Shown piece by piece: positions 30,532 to 40,720 of a stretch of DNA of 62,169 nucleotides. The DNA is from an uncultured virus (IMG/VR IMGVR_UViG_3300044540_000246). Lineage: Duplodnaviria > Heunggongvirae > Uroviricota > Caudoviricetes. Position numbers and translations under genes: made by a program. The notes beneath the pieces are model-generated. The model saw nothing but the letters and a program-made list of their open reading frames with translations, was not told the origin of the DNA and searched no databases. Each line of letters starts with the position of its first letter. Position 1 is the stretch's first letter. The DNA is taken from the IMG/VR virus record IMGVR_UViG_3300044540_000246. One strand, 5' to 3'.

Positions 30532-32043
30532 ATGCCTGCCGCACGCGAGAATCGCGGCGCCAAGCGCTCCGGCGTCAGCATCGGAGGGCAGTTCGCGCCA
30601 GACCGGTCAGGCATCCGAGGCGTTCGGGCCCGTCCCGAAGCGCCCACTACCGCTTCCCCCTATGAGGTCGGCGAGGCTTCCGAGCTGGCCGACATTGACA
30701 TCTGCACCGTCTGCGAAGGTCCGATCCTCCCCGCAGACGAGGGTGCCTGTCAGGCCTGCGAGCAAGCCGCCTACGAAGCGGCCCTCAGTAGCTCGCTACC
30801 GGACGACGTACTCGAACGTGCGCTCGCTGAAGACGCAACTGCCCAGCCGCCCGTCCGGACCGTTTCCGAGTTCGAGCTGCCACCCGAGCTCGACACGACC
30901 GTCTCCTCGCTCGCGCGGGCCGTCGTCGACGGCGACCCTGCCGCCGCAGCGGACCTGCGCGCGCAACTCACCGAACAGATTGCTCGCCTCCCAGTCCAGG
31001 CCATCCCGGCGCCCTTCTCCAGCGACCCCGTAGATCCGGCCGAGCTCCCCCATACGGCAGGCATCTACATCATCACCGGGCCCGACGCCTCCTATGTCGG
31101 CCTAGCTAAGGACATCCACCAACGCTTCTACAACCGCGACTACGGCCATCTGACAGAGAACAACCACTGCCGGTCCCGCTTCATCCTCGACGGGGATGAC
31201 TACGAAATTCGAGTCATCCCCGTCGACGCGAGCGAAGACGGCCGTGAGGCTCAGCAGTACGCGCTCGCCGAAGCAGAAATTCGCGCCTACGCCCAACTGC
31301 ACGCCGCCGGCCACTATCCGAACAACGCCTTGGCGACCCTCGGCCGAGTCGGTGACGGGAAGGTCATTCCGATCGTCGCCTGTGACCTGGCGACCGGCGA
31401 GTACACCTTCTACGAGTCGACGATGGCCGCCACCCGCGACACCGGCTCAACCTCGATCGCTGCCGCGCTGCACGGATACCAGCGCATCGCCGCCGGCCGG
31501 GTCGTGCGGTGGGCGACGTTCGGCGAGCAGGAGCTCCTTCTCGACAAGACCGACCGGGCGGGGAAACTCACCGGCGAGATCGTCACGAAGGCTCTGTCCA
31601 TTCAGCCGCGCTCGGTCGACTGGGGCGAAACTCGCGAGGGTGGGCGCGGAGCTGACTTCTCGTGGTCCGGTGGCGCCCTCGCCGCCGACGACATCACCAC
31701 GCTACGGCCCTATGTCCGCGGCGTGGGCTCATATAACAAGAACCGCCCTACCAGCGGCTACTACGGCGTGCGCAGCCTTGGCGACGAAAGCAAGTGGGAA
31801 GTTCGCATCAAGACCGGGCCCGGCCCGCGCGACGCGATCACTAAGACGTTCGCTGACGCGCACGAGGCGGCCGTCTACCGGGAGTCCTATATCACCGACA
31901 ATGGCCTGCAGGCATATAACAACGGGGTGGGGGCCTCGAACGCAGACGCGCTCAACTTCCACTTCGGAGCAAGGCAGTTCACCGGATGGGACTCTTCGCC
32001 CGGCCGTCGCGCTGCCGCCGACGGGGCCGCTGCCGCCGCCTAA
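30532..32043 (+). CDS. Leader-tagged GIY-YIG endonuclease with Zn ribbon and C-terminal AP2-like domain
   Basis: AGGAGG RBS; leader RENRGAKRSGVSIGGQFAPDRSG; CTVC...CQAC; GIYIITG...YVGLA...RF...E...N; TSGYYGV...WEVRI...TF...EAA.YR. Confidence 0.75.
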   Translation: MPAARENRGAKRSGVSIGGQFAPDRSGIRGVRARPEAPTTASPYEVGEASELADIDICTVCEGPILPADEGACQACEQAAYEAALSSSLPDDVLERALAEDATAQPPVRTVSEFELPPELDTTVSSLARAVVDGDPAAAADLRAQLTEQIARLPVQAIPAPFSSDPVDPAELPHTAGIYIITGPDASYVGLAKDIHQRFYNRDYGHLTENNHCRSRFILDGDDYEIRVIPVDASEDGREAQQYALAEAEIRAYAQLHAAGHYPNNALATLGRVGDGKVIPIVACDLATGEYTFYESTMAATRDTGSTSIAAALHGYQRIAAGRVVRWATFGEQELLLDKTDRAGKLTGEIVTKALSIQPRSVDWGETREGGRGADFSWSGGALAADDITTLRPYVRGVGSYNKNRPTSGYYGVRSLGDESKWEVRIKTGPGPRDAITKTFADAHEAAVYRESYITDNGLQAYNNGVGASNADALNFHFGARQFTGWDSSPGRRAAADGAAAAA

Positions 32044-32145
32044 GCCCCGCGCGGACCGAGACTCCATCCAGGTCGATAGGGACCGTTGGAACGCAGGCGC
32101 ATGAACGCGCGCGGCGACACGACCCCGGCTTGGAGCGAGAACGAC

Positions 32146-34209
32146 GTGACCGACAAGAAGGCAGCCGCCGACAGCTACACCGCTGACGACTTCTCCGTCC
32201 TAGAAGGCCTCGACGCGGTCCGGCGGCGCCCCGGCATGTACGTCGGCGGGAACGGACCGGCTGCGCTGGCTCACCTCGCGTTCGAGATCATCGACAACGC
32301 CGTCGACGAAGCCCTCGCCGGCCACTGCGACCGCATCGAAGTCATCCTCCATGCCGACGCCTCCATCGAAGTTTCCGACAACGGCCGCGGTATTCCAGTC
32401 GACCAGAACAAGAAGCTCGGTGAGTCCGGCGTCAAAGCAGCGTTCACCCGACTGCACGCCGGCGGCAAGTTCGGCGGCTCCGGCTACAAAGTCTCCGGCG
32501 GTCTCCACGGCGTCGGCGCCGCCGTTGTCAACGCCCTGTCTGAGCGTGTCGACGTCACCGTCCACCGCGACGGGAGCGAGCATTCGCTGTGCTTCCACCG
32601 CGGCACGCCCGCCATCTTCTCCGGCGACAGCCCCGCAGCCGCGTACAAGGAGTCCAAGGATGTTCAGGTCGTCGGGACCAGCCCGAAGGGGCACACCGGG
32701 ACGACGGTCCGGTTCTGGCCGGACTTCCAGCTCTTCACCCCCGACGCGCGCATCGAGGCGTCGACGCTCGTCGAACGCTCCCGCAAGACCGCGTTCCTCG
32801 TCCCGAACCTGACCATCGCGGTCCGCGACTTGCGCGACCCGGCGAACCCGACCGAAGAGGTCTTCCGCTTCGACGGCGGCCTGTCCGACATGGTCGACTT
32901 CCTCACCCCCGGCAAGTCGCTCACCGACGTTGTCCCGATCGCCGGGACCGGCACGTTCACCGAGATCGTTCCCCTCCTCGACGACAAGGGCCACATGGTC
33001 AACACCGAGGTCGAGCGGACCGTCGAGGTGAAGGTCGCCCTGCGGTGGGACACCGGCTACGACGCGAACATCCACTCGTTCGTGAACATCGTCACCACCC
33101 CCAAGGGCGGCACGCATGTGAAGGGCTTCGAGCGCGGCCTGCTCGCCACGATCCGCAAGGCCTATGACGGCACCCGCATCATGCGCGCGAACGAGGACCC
33201 CGTGCTCCTCGAAGACGTCGTCGAAGGCCTCACCGCCGTCGTGTACGTCGCCGTGCCCGAGCCGCAGTTCCAGGGGCAGACGAAAGAGGAGCTCGGCTCC
33301 GCCGGCGTCACCAAGATCGTCCAGGACGTCGTCGCCGCAGGAGTGAAGTCCTGGTTGGAAGCGTCGAAGACGAAGGCGCAAGCTCGGCTCGCGTTGGAGA
33401 AGATCGCCAACGCTGCCCGCACCCGCGTCGCGTCCCGCACTCAGCGGGAGGCTGCCCGCCGCAAGACTGCGTTGGAAGGCGCGTCCATGCCGGCGAAGCT
33501 CGTCGACTGCCGCGCGATCGGTATCGACCGGTCCGAGCTGTTCATCGTCGAGGGCGACTCCGCCCTCGGATCCGCCCGTCAGGGCCGCAACAGCGAGTAC
33601 CAAGCGCTGCTGCCCATCCGGGGGAAGATCCTCAACGTTCAGAAAGCATCGATGGCCGACATGCTCAAGAACACTGAATGCGCGTCCATCATCCAGGTGA
33701 TCGGTGCCGGGTCGGGCCGCTCGTTCGACCTCGAGCAGATGCGGTACGGCCGCGTCATGATTATGGCGGACGCCGACGTCGACGGCGGCCACATCCGCGC
33801 GCTGCTGCTGACCCTGTTCTGGAAGTATATGCGCCCCGTCGTCGAGGACGGTCGCCTGTACGCCGCGATGCCGCCGCTGCACAAGATCGAGACCCTCGGC
33901 AAGACCAAGGAGACGCTCTACACGTACACCCACGCAGAGATGGAGGCGAAAGTCCGCCAGCTCGAGAAGGCCGGGAAGAAGATCAAGTCCCCCATCCAGC
34001 GATACAAGGGTCTCGGCGAGATGAACGCCGAGACGCTCTGGGAGACCACGATGGACCCCGCGACCCGTTCGGTCCGCCGGATCACCGCAGAGGAGGCGCA
34101 AGCCGCCGAAGCGATGCTCGAGCTGCTGATGGGTAACGACGTCGAAGCTCGCCGCAACTACATCATCGAGAACGCCGGCATTATCGACCGGTCCCTCATC
34201 GACATCTGA
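32146..34209 (+). CDS. parE: Type IIA topoisomerase subunit B (Topo IV/gyrase B family)
   Basis: LEGLDAVRRRPGMY, EIIDNAVDE, DNGRGIP, GGLHGVG, VEGDSA, PIRGKILN, DADVDGGHI, RYKGLGEM. GTG 32146 is the likely start. Confidence 0.93.
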   Translation: MTDKKAAADSYTADDFSVLEGLDAVRRRPGMYVGGNGPAALAHLAFEIIDNAVDEALAGHCDRIEVILHADASIEVSDNGRGIPVDQNKKLGESGVKAAFTRLHAGGKFGGSGYKVSGGLHGVGAAVVNALSERVDVTVHRDGSEHSLCFHRGTPAIFSGDSPAAAYKESKDVQVVGTSPKGHTGTTVRFWPDFQLFTPDARIEASTLVERSRKTAFLVPNLTIAVRDLRDPANPTEEVFRFDGGLSDMVDFLTPGKSLTDVVPIAGTGTFTEIVPLLDDKGHMVNTEVERTVEVKVALRWDTGYDANIHSFVNIVTTPKGGTHVKGFERGLLATIRKAYDGTRIMRANEDPVLLEDVVEGLTAVVYVAVPEPQFQGQTKEELGSAGVTKIVQDVVAAGVKSWLEASKTKAQARLALEKIANAARTRVASRTQREAARRKTALEGASMPAKLVDCRAIGIDRSELFIVEGDSALGSARQGRNSEYQALLPIRGKILNVQKASMADMLKNTECASIIQVIGAGSGRSFDLEQMRYGRVMIMADADVDGGHIRALLLTLFWKYMRPVVEDGRLYAAMPPLHKIETLGKTKETLYTYTHAEMEAKVRQLEKAGKKIKSPIQRYKGLGEMNAETLWETTMDPATRSVRRITAEEAQAAEAMLELLMGNDVEARRNYIIENAGIIDRSLIDI

Positions 34210-34241
34210 CGCCGACCCGCATCAGGCCGCGCCGCCTGCCC

Positions 34242-34448
34242 TCATCCGGGTCGGCGGACCAGCCCGAATCGGTGCTCGTCGCGGTGCCGCCCGAGCTGGG
34301 TGTTGATCGCGGTCTGCCCATGCCCTGGCAGGGAGTAGAACCGCTGCCCGCACGCCGAGCACTCCGCGACCCACTCCCACACCGGGTTCGCCGCCCGGGA
34401 CCGGGAGAACCGGATCCTCGCCGCCTCAGTGGCGCTCATCGCCGGCAT
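34242..34448 (-). CDS. Small putative Zn-finger protein
   Basis: CSACG...H...H pattern; fills the gap after parE. Confidence 0.4.
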   Translation of the reverse strand: MPAMSATEAARIRFSRSRAANPVWEWVAECSACGQRFYSLPGHGQTAINTQLGRHRDEHRFGLVRRPG

Positions 34449-34555
34449 CAGCTCGCTCACCTGTCCACGGTAGGCGCCGACACCTGGACGGACCGGCGGC
34501 GTCCGCGACCACATCGCGGCCGCCCGCTCGACAGGGCGGCCGATGGTCGGCTTCG

Positions 34556-35167
34556 ATGACGGACACCGCGCACGTACCCACCACCAGCCTCATGCCGGTC
34601 GACGCGTTCATGGCCACAGTCGGGCCCGCCTACGGCGACACCTGGCAGGACGCCATCGCCGCGCTGCTCGGCTCCCCTGCCGATGCCGACGTCATCGCGA
34701 CCCTGCGGCCCGCCGCTCGCGACCGCCAGCTGCGCAACCCCGTCTGGGTGGCCCCCGACGAAGAGATCGGCGAACTGCGGGTCGCGAACGGCATGCACCG
34801 GGTCACTGCCTGCCACCTCGAAGGCGCACCGGTCCCGTACCGCGTGTCGACCGGATGGAGTGACCTGCCCGCCGGCCTCGCCGAGGTCGAGGTCGCGTTC
34901 ACTGTCGCCGACAACGAGGCCCGCGACGAAGACGCCTTCTTCGAGCTCGTGTTCGACTGGCTGCGTTCGTTCCCCGTCGGCGACGACTGGGTCGAGACGT
35001 CCGGGATGGGCAGCTCGCGGGAGATGTTCACCGCCTGGTACGTCCTCCCCGAACGTCTCGTCGCCGCCCTCCCGAGCCTGCTCGCCGACCGGCTCGCCCC
35101 GCACGGGATGACCGTAGCCGTCACCAGCATCACCCCCGCCGACCGCGACGACGCGCAGGGCGCCTAG
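34556..35167 (+). CDS. ParB/Srx N-terminal-like domain protein
   Basis: LRNPVWV...RVANGMHRVTA resembles the ParB/Srx GxxR motif. Confidence 0.55.
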   Translation: MTDTAHVPTTSLMPVDAFMATVGPAYGDTWQDAIAALLGSPADADVIATLRPAARDRQLRNPVWVAPDEEIGELRVANGMHRVTACHLEGAPVPYRVSTGWSDLPAGLAEVEVAFTVADNEARDEDAFFELVFDWLRSFPVGDDWVETSGMGSSREMFTAWYVLPERLVAALPSLLADRLAPHGMTVAVTSITPADRDDAQGA

Positions 35168-35174
35168 GGGCCGT

Positions 35175-36773
35175 TCAGCGGCCCTGTGCGCCCGCCTGAG
35201 GCGCTCGGAGCCACACGTAGGACACGAGGGACCCGTCCTCATTCTCGACGCTCTGACGGCCTCCCACGGACCACCCGCGGGCAGCCAGCTCGTCGAGCAG
35301 GCCCTGGGTGTCCCGCAGCACGACATCTGTCGTCCCCGAGTACTTCTCCCACACTGACTCCCACCCTTCGCCTGCCTCGACCAGGGTCACGTAGTCGAGC
35401 AGGACGTCCGCACCGAAGTAGTCCGCCCGCCCATCCGTTGCGGTCACGATCTCCGAGCTTGGATGCAGGAACGGCAACGGCGACGCGACATCCCAATGAG
35501 TCAGCACTCGCTGCGGCCCCGGCACGCCGGCGACTTCAGTGAACAACGCCGTCGGCACCCGCCGCTCATCGACGCCGACCTGCGGGGACAGGACCAGCAG
35601 CGCGCCCACCGAGACAGCAACCGTCGCCACCTTCACGGCCAGACCCAGCCAACCAGCGGGAAGCCGCTCCCCGGAGAAGTCACGACCCGGCCATAGAGCA
35701 GCGAACCGAGCCAGACGAACCACCGCGACCACCGCGAGCGCCACCGCGGCAAGCAGCAACGACCGCAGCGACGTGAACCCGAACGCGACCAGCACGACAA
35801 CCAGGACCCCCTCCGCGACGAGCAGGCGCGCCGCACCCCGCCGGCGCGAGCCTCGCATCCACGAACCCGCCGCAGACACCAACCACACCGCCAGCGGCAA
35901 CGCCGCCCACGCCATCAGCAGGTCCGACACGACGACCGGCTGCCACTCGGTGATGATCGCACCAGCAGCCTCCCGGACCGCCGCGACACTGCCCCACAGA
36001 CCCGCCCCGGCAGGGGTCAGGAACGTCACCGCAAGTCCGACGGCCGACACCAGCCAGCCGCGACGAACCAGACCTGCCGTCGAGGCCGCCGCAGCTCGCC
36101 ACCGGCCGGAAGGCGTCGTCGCGACGACCGACACCAGGCGAGCGAATGCGCCCAGCAGCAGGAACGGGACGACCAGCACCCCGTACCCGTGCCAGCACAC
36201 CCACAGCCACGTCAACACGACCGCCGGCACGACGCGAGGAAACCGGCCCGTTGCCGCGACCCGATACACCGCCACCATCAGCAGCACCACGGCAACCAAC
36301 GACACTGTCTGTGGCCGAACCGTCAACGGGCCTGCCACAGCAACCGCGAACGCGACCACGAACACCGTCACCGCCCGCGCCGGCCACGGCGACCGCCCGG
36401 AGAGCATCCGGGGAGCCAGCGCAGCGGCAGCGACGCACAGAGCCGCCAGCATCGCCGGCGCAGCAAGTGCCTGCAGCAGCTGCACCGCACCCCACCCGCC
36501 GGCTCGGTACGCCAACGCGAGCAGCACCTCCGCCGGCGCCATCGTGTTCACCCACGCCGAGCCCCGGTTCGGCCCGTACAGCCACGCCGGGTCCCCGGCC
36601 GCCCCGCCGGCGGCGAGCATCCACTCGCCCAAACGCAGGTGGAAGAACAGATCCCCCTCGAATACATCTCGGACGCCAACGACGACCAGCGCGAACCCGA
36701 ACAGCCACGGGACGACCGACCACACGCGCCCGGCCGCGAACGGCGACGCGCGCAGTCGGAAAGGCCGGAACAT
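35175..36773 (-). CDS. Polytopic membrane protein, GT-C glycosyltransferase-like
   Basis: About 12 TM segments; DLFFHLRLG, VRPQ, LWVCWHG, ITEWQP, DGRAD. Confidence 0.65.
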   Translation of the reverse strand: MFRPFRLRASPFAAGRVWSVVPWLFGFALVVVGVRDVFEGDLFFHLRLGEWMLAAGGAAGDPAWLYGPNRGSAWVNTMAPAEVLLALAYRAGGWGAVQLLQALAAPAMLAALCVAAAALAPRMLSGRSPWPARAVTVFVVAFAVAVAGPLTVRPQTVSLVAVVLLMVAVYRVAATGRFPRVVPAVVLTWLWVCWHGYGVLVVPFLLLGAFARLVSVVATTPSGRWRAAAASTAGLVRRGWLVSAVGLAVTFLTPAGAGLWGSVAAVREAAGAIITEWQPVVVSDLLMAWAALPLAVWLVSAAGSWMRGSRRRGAARLLVAEGVLVVVLVAFGFTSLRSLLLAAVALAVVAVVRLARFAALWPGRDFSGERLPAGWLGLAVKVATVAVSVGALLVLSPQVGVDERRVPTALFTEVAGVPGPQRVLTHWDVASPLPFLHPSSEIVTATDGRADYFGADVLLDYVTLVEAGEGWESVWEKYSGTTDVVLRDTQGLLDELAARGWSVGGRQSVENEDGSLVSYVWLRAPQAGAQGR

Positions 36774-36875
36774 GCCCGGCCCATCGGTTCAGGGCCACCT
36801 CCGACCCGCAGTCCGACCGAACCGATAAGGCACCGGAAGACCGGAAAGACACCGAGGAGCGAGGCACTCACCGAC

Positions 36876-39800
36876 ATGGCTACACGCAAGACAGACGCCG
36901 CAGAAGACGCCGCCTTCGACCAGGCAGGCGCCACCATCATCGACACCTCCGTCCAAGACGAAGCGAAGGCGTCATTCCTCGAATACGCGTACTCGGTCAT
37001 CACCTCGCGCGCACTGCCCGACGCCCGCGACGGCCTCAAGCCGGTCCACCGCCGCATTCTGTTCTCCATGGCGGAGGCGGGCCTGCGCCCCGACCACGCG
37101 TTCGTGAAGTCCGCCCGCGTCGTCGGCAACTGCTTCGTTGCAGGCGCGAAGGTTCACACGCCATCCGGTCTGCGCAACATCGAGGACCTCGTGGCTGGAG
37201 ACCTGGTCACCGCCCCCGACGGACGGGAGGTCCGCGTGGACGTCGCCTACGCGAACCCGGCCCAGGAGATCGTCCGAGTCACGTTCGCCAGCGGCCACTA
37301 CCTCGACGTCACCCCCGGACAGCTCTTCCGAGTCGTTCAGGACGACTACTCGACCCGCTGGGTCCGCGCGGACCGGCTCGCCGGGCATCGCGTCGTCGGC
37401 TTCGGCTGCGCACGCCAGACCGTCCCTCGCGCAACCCAGAGGCCCGGAGCGCCCGAAGCCGACTACGCCTACACGCTCGGCCTTGCTGTCGCGGAGGGAT
37501 CTCCCGCGCACCGTTCTCGGCCGGCAGACAGGCGCACCCGCATCAGCATGACGGAGCCGGCCCCCCTTGACCGCGCGCAGCGTTGGGCCGCGTCCGCAGG
37601 CGTACCCACCTCTCGCCGGCTCCTCCCCGCGGGACAGCCCAACTGGAAGGATCAGGAGCTCGTCAGCTTCGCCTGGCACCCGGACCTCTACGCCGCCGTC
37701 GAACCGCGCAGCATCGACAAGGTCGTACCCGCGCAGATTCTCTCCAATCGCGCGCTTTGGATCCCCTTCCTTGCCGGCTTCCTCGATGGAGACGGCTACG
37801 TTCGCGACGGCCGACGAGAGATCGTCTTCACCAGCATCAGCGAACCCCTCGTTCGAGACCTGCAGGGCATGCTCGCCGACCTCGGGGTCCGCAGCCACCG
37901 GTGGACCACAACCCCGGGCGTCGGTCGCCCCAACCCGGAGATCGGAATGACTGTCACCGGCTTGGACGCGACCGTCCTCGCCCAAGCGATCGCGCCCCAG
38001 ATCGAGATCTCGTACAAGCGCGATGCGCTCCTGCGCCTGGCTGATGTGGAACAGGGCGCTCTCTACCGCCACGGGGACATGCTTCCCGGCGCCGCCCTGT
38101 TCGCAGAGTTCAGCGACAAGCACCTCGGAGGTGGCTGGTACGCCGACGCCTCCACGGGAGCCAAGTTCCGTGCGGCGCTCGACGCGAGCGGCCCCGAGAT
38201 TCGTTACGGCAAGCAGGTCGCCACGGGTACCGCGCTCCTCGACCGAGACTTCCCCGCAATGCGAGCCTTCCAAGACGGCTGGACAGACAAGCTCGACCGG
38301 ATCGGGTCCCCCCTCGCGCCCCGGGTGCGAGACCTGCTCGGCAGCAGCTTTCACGCGGTCGTCGACGTCTCCCCTCTCCCCGAGCTCGCTCCCACGTACG
38401 ACATCCAGGTCGATGACCCCGAGCACGCATTCGTCGTCGAGGGCTACGTGGTCCACAACTGCATGGGCTCGTACCACCCTCACGGCGACTCCGCAATCTA
38501 CGACGCGATGGTCCGCCTCACTCAGGACTTCGCCCTCAACATGACCCTCGTCGAAGGGCACGGCAACTTCGGATCCCCGAACGACCCGCCCGCCGCGAGC
38601 CGCTACACCGAGTGCCGTCTCGCCCCCGGAGCGATGCTCCTCGTCGGCGAGCTCGACGAAGGGACCGTCGACTACGTCCCGAACTACGACGGCTCCCTCG
38701 AAGAGCCCTCGGTTCTCCCGGCAGCGTTCCCGAACCTGCTCGTCAACGGCGCGACCGGCATCGCCGTCGGCATGGCGACCAACATGATCCCGCACAACTT
38801 CGGCGAAGCCGTCGCAGCAGCGCGTCTCGTCCTCGCGAAGCCGAAGTCCACCCTCGACGACCTCATGGCCGTCATCCCCGGCCCTGACCTCCCAACCGGC
38901 GGGCTCCTCCTCGGCCTCGACGAGGTCCGCAAGGCCCACGAGGACGGGAAGGGCACTGTCCGTCTGCGCGCCCGTACCGTCATCGAGCCGCTGGACGGCT
39001 CCCGCGGCCGCATGAGCATCGTCGTCACCGAGCTCCCGTACGGAGTCGGCACCGAGAAGATCATCGAGAAGGTCAAGGAGGAGACCGCGAAGAAGCGCCT
39101 CCAAGGGATCTCCGACGTGAAGGACCTCTCTGACCGGCGCAACGGGACCCGCCTGGTTGTCGAATGCAAGACGGGAGTGAACCCGGCTGCGCTTCTCAAT
39201 GAACTGTTCCGATACACCCCGCTCGAGGTCAGCTTCGGTATCTCCAACCTCGCTCTCGTTGACGGGACTCCGCGCACCCTGGGTTTGCGGGCTTTGCTCG
39301 ACCTGTTTCTCGCGCACCGTTTCGATGTCGTGACCCGCCGGACCCGCCACCGCTTGGACAAGGCCGAAGCTCGCCGCCACATCGTTGACGGTCTCCTCAT
39401 CGCCCTCGCTGACATTGACGCGGTCGTGAAAGTTATCCGCGCGTCGAAGGACACTCAAGAAGCCCGGACCTCGCTGATGGTGAAGTTCAAACTGACCGAC
39501 ATTCAGACCGGCCACATCCTCGACATGCCGTTGCGGCGTCTGGTGAACCTCGAAGTGGAACAGCTGAACAAGGAGCACGGCGCCTTGACCGCAACGATCG
39601 CCGCATGCCGCAAGATCCTCGACGACGACAAAGAACTCCGGAAAGTCGTCGACAAGGAGCTCGCCGAACTGCTCGAGCAGTTCCCAACTCCTCGCCGCAC
39701 CGAGCTGGTCGCCGGCGATTTGAAAGAGGTCCTCGCCGTCGCCGCGGCAGCATCAGCGCCCATTCAGGTCGCCGACGACCCGACCACAGTCCTGCTGTCG

Positions 39801-40655
39801 GCGACCGGTCTGCTGGCCCGCACTCCTGCCGCGACCGAGGAAGCGCAAGCGGCCCGCGCCAAACGCGGGCGAGCCAAGCACGACACGATTGCTGCGACCG
39901 TCGATACGACTGCTCGCGGGCAGGTGCTCCTCTTGACCAGCAAGGGTCGCGCCATCAAGCTCGACGTCCTCGCCATTCCTGCGCTGCGCGACGCACCCGG
40001 CACCGTCACTCTCGCCGGCGCTATGCCTGCCCGCGAAGCGGCCAACCTCACCAACGACGAAACCGTCGTCGGTCTCGCTCCGCTGGCCGGGGACGGGCCC
40101 GGCATCGCCGTGGGGACCCGCGGCGGCATCGTGAAGGTCGCCGCCTACGACTGGCCGACCCGTTCAGACGAGTTCGAGTTCATCACCCTCAAAGATGGCG
40201 ACCGCGTCGTGTCGGCGACTCCGATCGGGGGCAACGAAGACCTGGTCTTCGTCACCAGCGACGCGTCTCTGTTGCGTTTCCCAGCCGCGAACGTCCGCGC
40301 CCAAGGCCGCACCGGCGGCGGGATGGCGGGAGTCAAACTTGCCGAAGGTGCCCATGTGGTGGCGTTCGCACCCGCGGACGCTGAGGCGGCCCATGTCGTG
40401 ACTGGCACGGGCGTCAGCGTCAAGGTGACCCCCTTGTCGGCATATCCGACGAAAGGGCGCGCGACAGGCGGTGTGCGTGCCCACCGCTTCCTGCGAGGTG
40501 AGGACGTTCTCGTGTTCGCTCACGTCGGCGTCGAACCGGTCGCATCAAGTTCCGCAGGCGAACCGGTCGAACTTCCGGATGTTGACATGCGACGAGACGG
40601 TTCCGGAACCCCGCTGCCCGGGGCACTCGTCGTCGGTGCCGCTAAGAGCCGCTAA
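36876..40655 (+). CDS. parC: Type IIA topoisomerase subunit A (actinobacterial Topo IV-like), intein-containing
   Basis: FLEYAYSVITSRALPDARDGLKPVHRR, YHPHGDS, catalytic ASRYTE, GIAVGMATN, C-terminal beta-pinwheel repeats; no GyrA box seen. ATG 36876 follows GAGG. Confidence 0.92.
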   Translation: MATRKTDAAEDAAFDQAGATIIDTSVQDEAKASFLEYAYSVITSRALPDARDGLKPVHRRILFSMAEAGLRPDHAFVKSARVVGNCFVAGAKVHTPSGLRNIEDLVAGDLVTAPDGREVRVDVAYANPAQEIVRVTFASGHYLDVTPGQLFRVVQDDYSTRWVRADRLAGHRVVGFGCARQTVPRATQRPGAPEADYAYTLGLAVAEGSPAHRSRPADRRTRISMTEPAPLDRAQRWAASAGVPTSRRLLPAGQPNWKDQELVSFAWHPDLYAAVEPRSIDKVVPAQILSNRALWIPFLAGFLDGDGYVRDGRREIVFTSISEPLVRDLQGMLADLGVRSHRWTTTPGVGRPNPEIGMTVTGLDATVLAQAIAPQIEISYKRDALLRLADVEQGALYRHGDMLPGAALFAEFSDKHLGGGWYADASTGAKFRAALDASGPEIRYGKQVATGTALLDRDFPAMRAFQDGWTDKLDRIGSPLAPRVRDLLGSSFHAVVDVSPLPELAPTYDIQVDDPEHAFVVEGYVVHNCMGSYHPHGDSAIYDAMVRLTQDFALNMTLVEGHGNFGSPNDPPAASRYTECRLAPGAMLLVGELDEGTVDYVPNYDGSLEEPSVLPAAFPNLLVNGATGIAVGMATNMIPHNFGEAVAAARLVLAKPKSTLDDLMAVIPGPDLPTGGLLLGLDEVRKAHEDGKGTVRLRARTVIEPLDGSRGRMSIVVTELPYGVGTEKIIEKVKEETAKKRLQGISDVKDLSDRRNGTRLVVECKTGVNPAALLNELFRYTPLEVSFGISNLALVDGTPRTLGLRALLDLFLAHRFDVVTRRTRHRLDKAEARRHIVDGLLIALADIDAVVKVIRASKDTQEARTSLMVKFKLTDIQTGHILDMPLRRLVNLEVEQLNKEHGALTATIAACRKILDDDKELRKVVDKELAELLEQFPTPRRTELVAGDLKEVLAVAAAASAPIQVADDPTTVLLSATGLLARTPAATEEAQAARAKRGRAKHDTIAATVDTTARGQVLLLTSKGRAIKLDVLAIPALRDAPGTVTLAGAMPAREAANLTNDETVVGLAPLAGDGPGIAVGTRGGIVKVAAYDWPTRSDEFEFITLKDGDRVVSATPIGGNEDLVFVTSDASLLRFPAANVRAQGRTGGGMAGVKLAEGAHVVAFAPADAEAAHVVTGTGVSVKVTPLSAYPTKGRATGGVRAHRFLRGEDVLVFAHVGVEPVASSSAGEPVELPDVDMRRDGSGTPLPGALVVGAAKSR
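37131..38459 (+). mobile_element. 443-aa intein with LAGLIDADG homing endonuclease
   Basis: N-junction VVGN|CFVAGAKV, block B-like LDVTPGQLF, LAGLIDADG motifs YTLGLAVAEG and FLAGFLDGDG, C-junction TYDIQV...YVVHN|C. Confidence 0.93.
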
Positions 40656-40659
40656 GCCG

Positions 40660-40712
40660 GTAAACGACTCGGGCCCGCCCTCGCGATGAAGGAGCGGGCC
40701 CGAGTCGTTTAC
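40660..40712. terminator. Bidirectional hairpin terminator
   Basis: 19-bp perfect stem GTAAACGACTCGGGCCCGC...GCGGGCCCGAGTCGTTTAC between convergent genes. Confidence 0.85.
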
Positions 40713-40720
40713 AGGGCGTC

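Noticed and set aside
36189..36875. 229-aa N-terminal extension of ParC in the ORF track
   Set aside because: It is the Arg/His/Pro-rich antisense shadow of the membrane gene. The real start is ATG 36876, which has an RBS and a normal ParC N-terminus.
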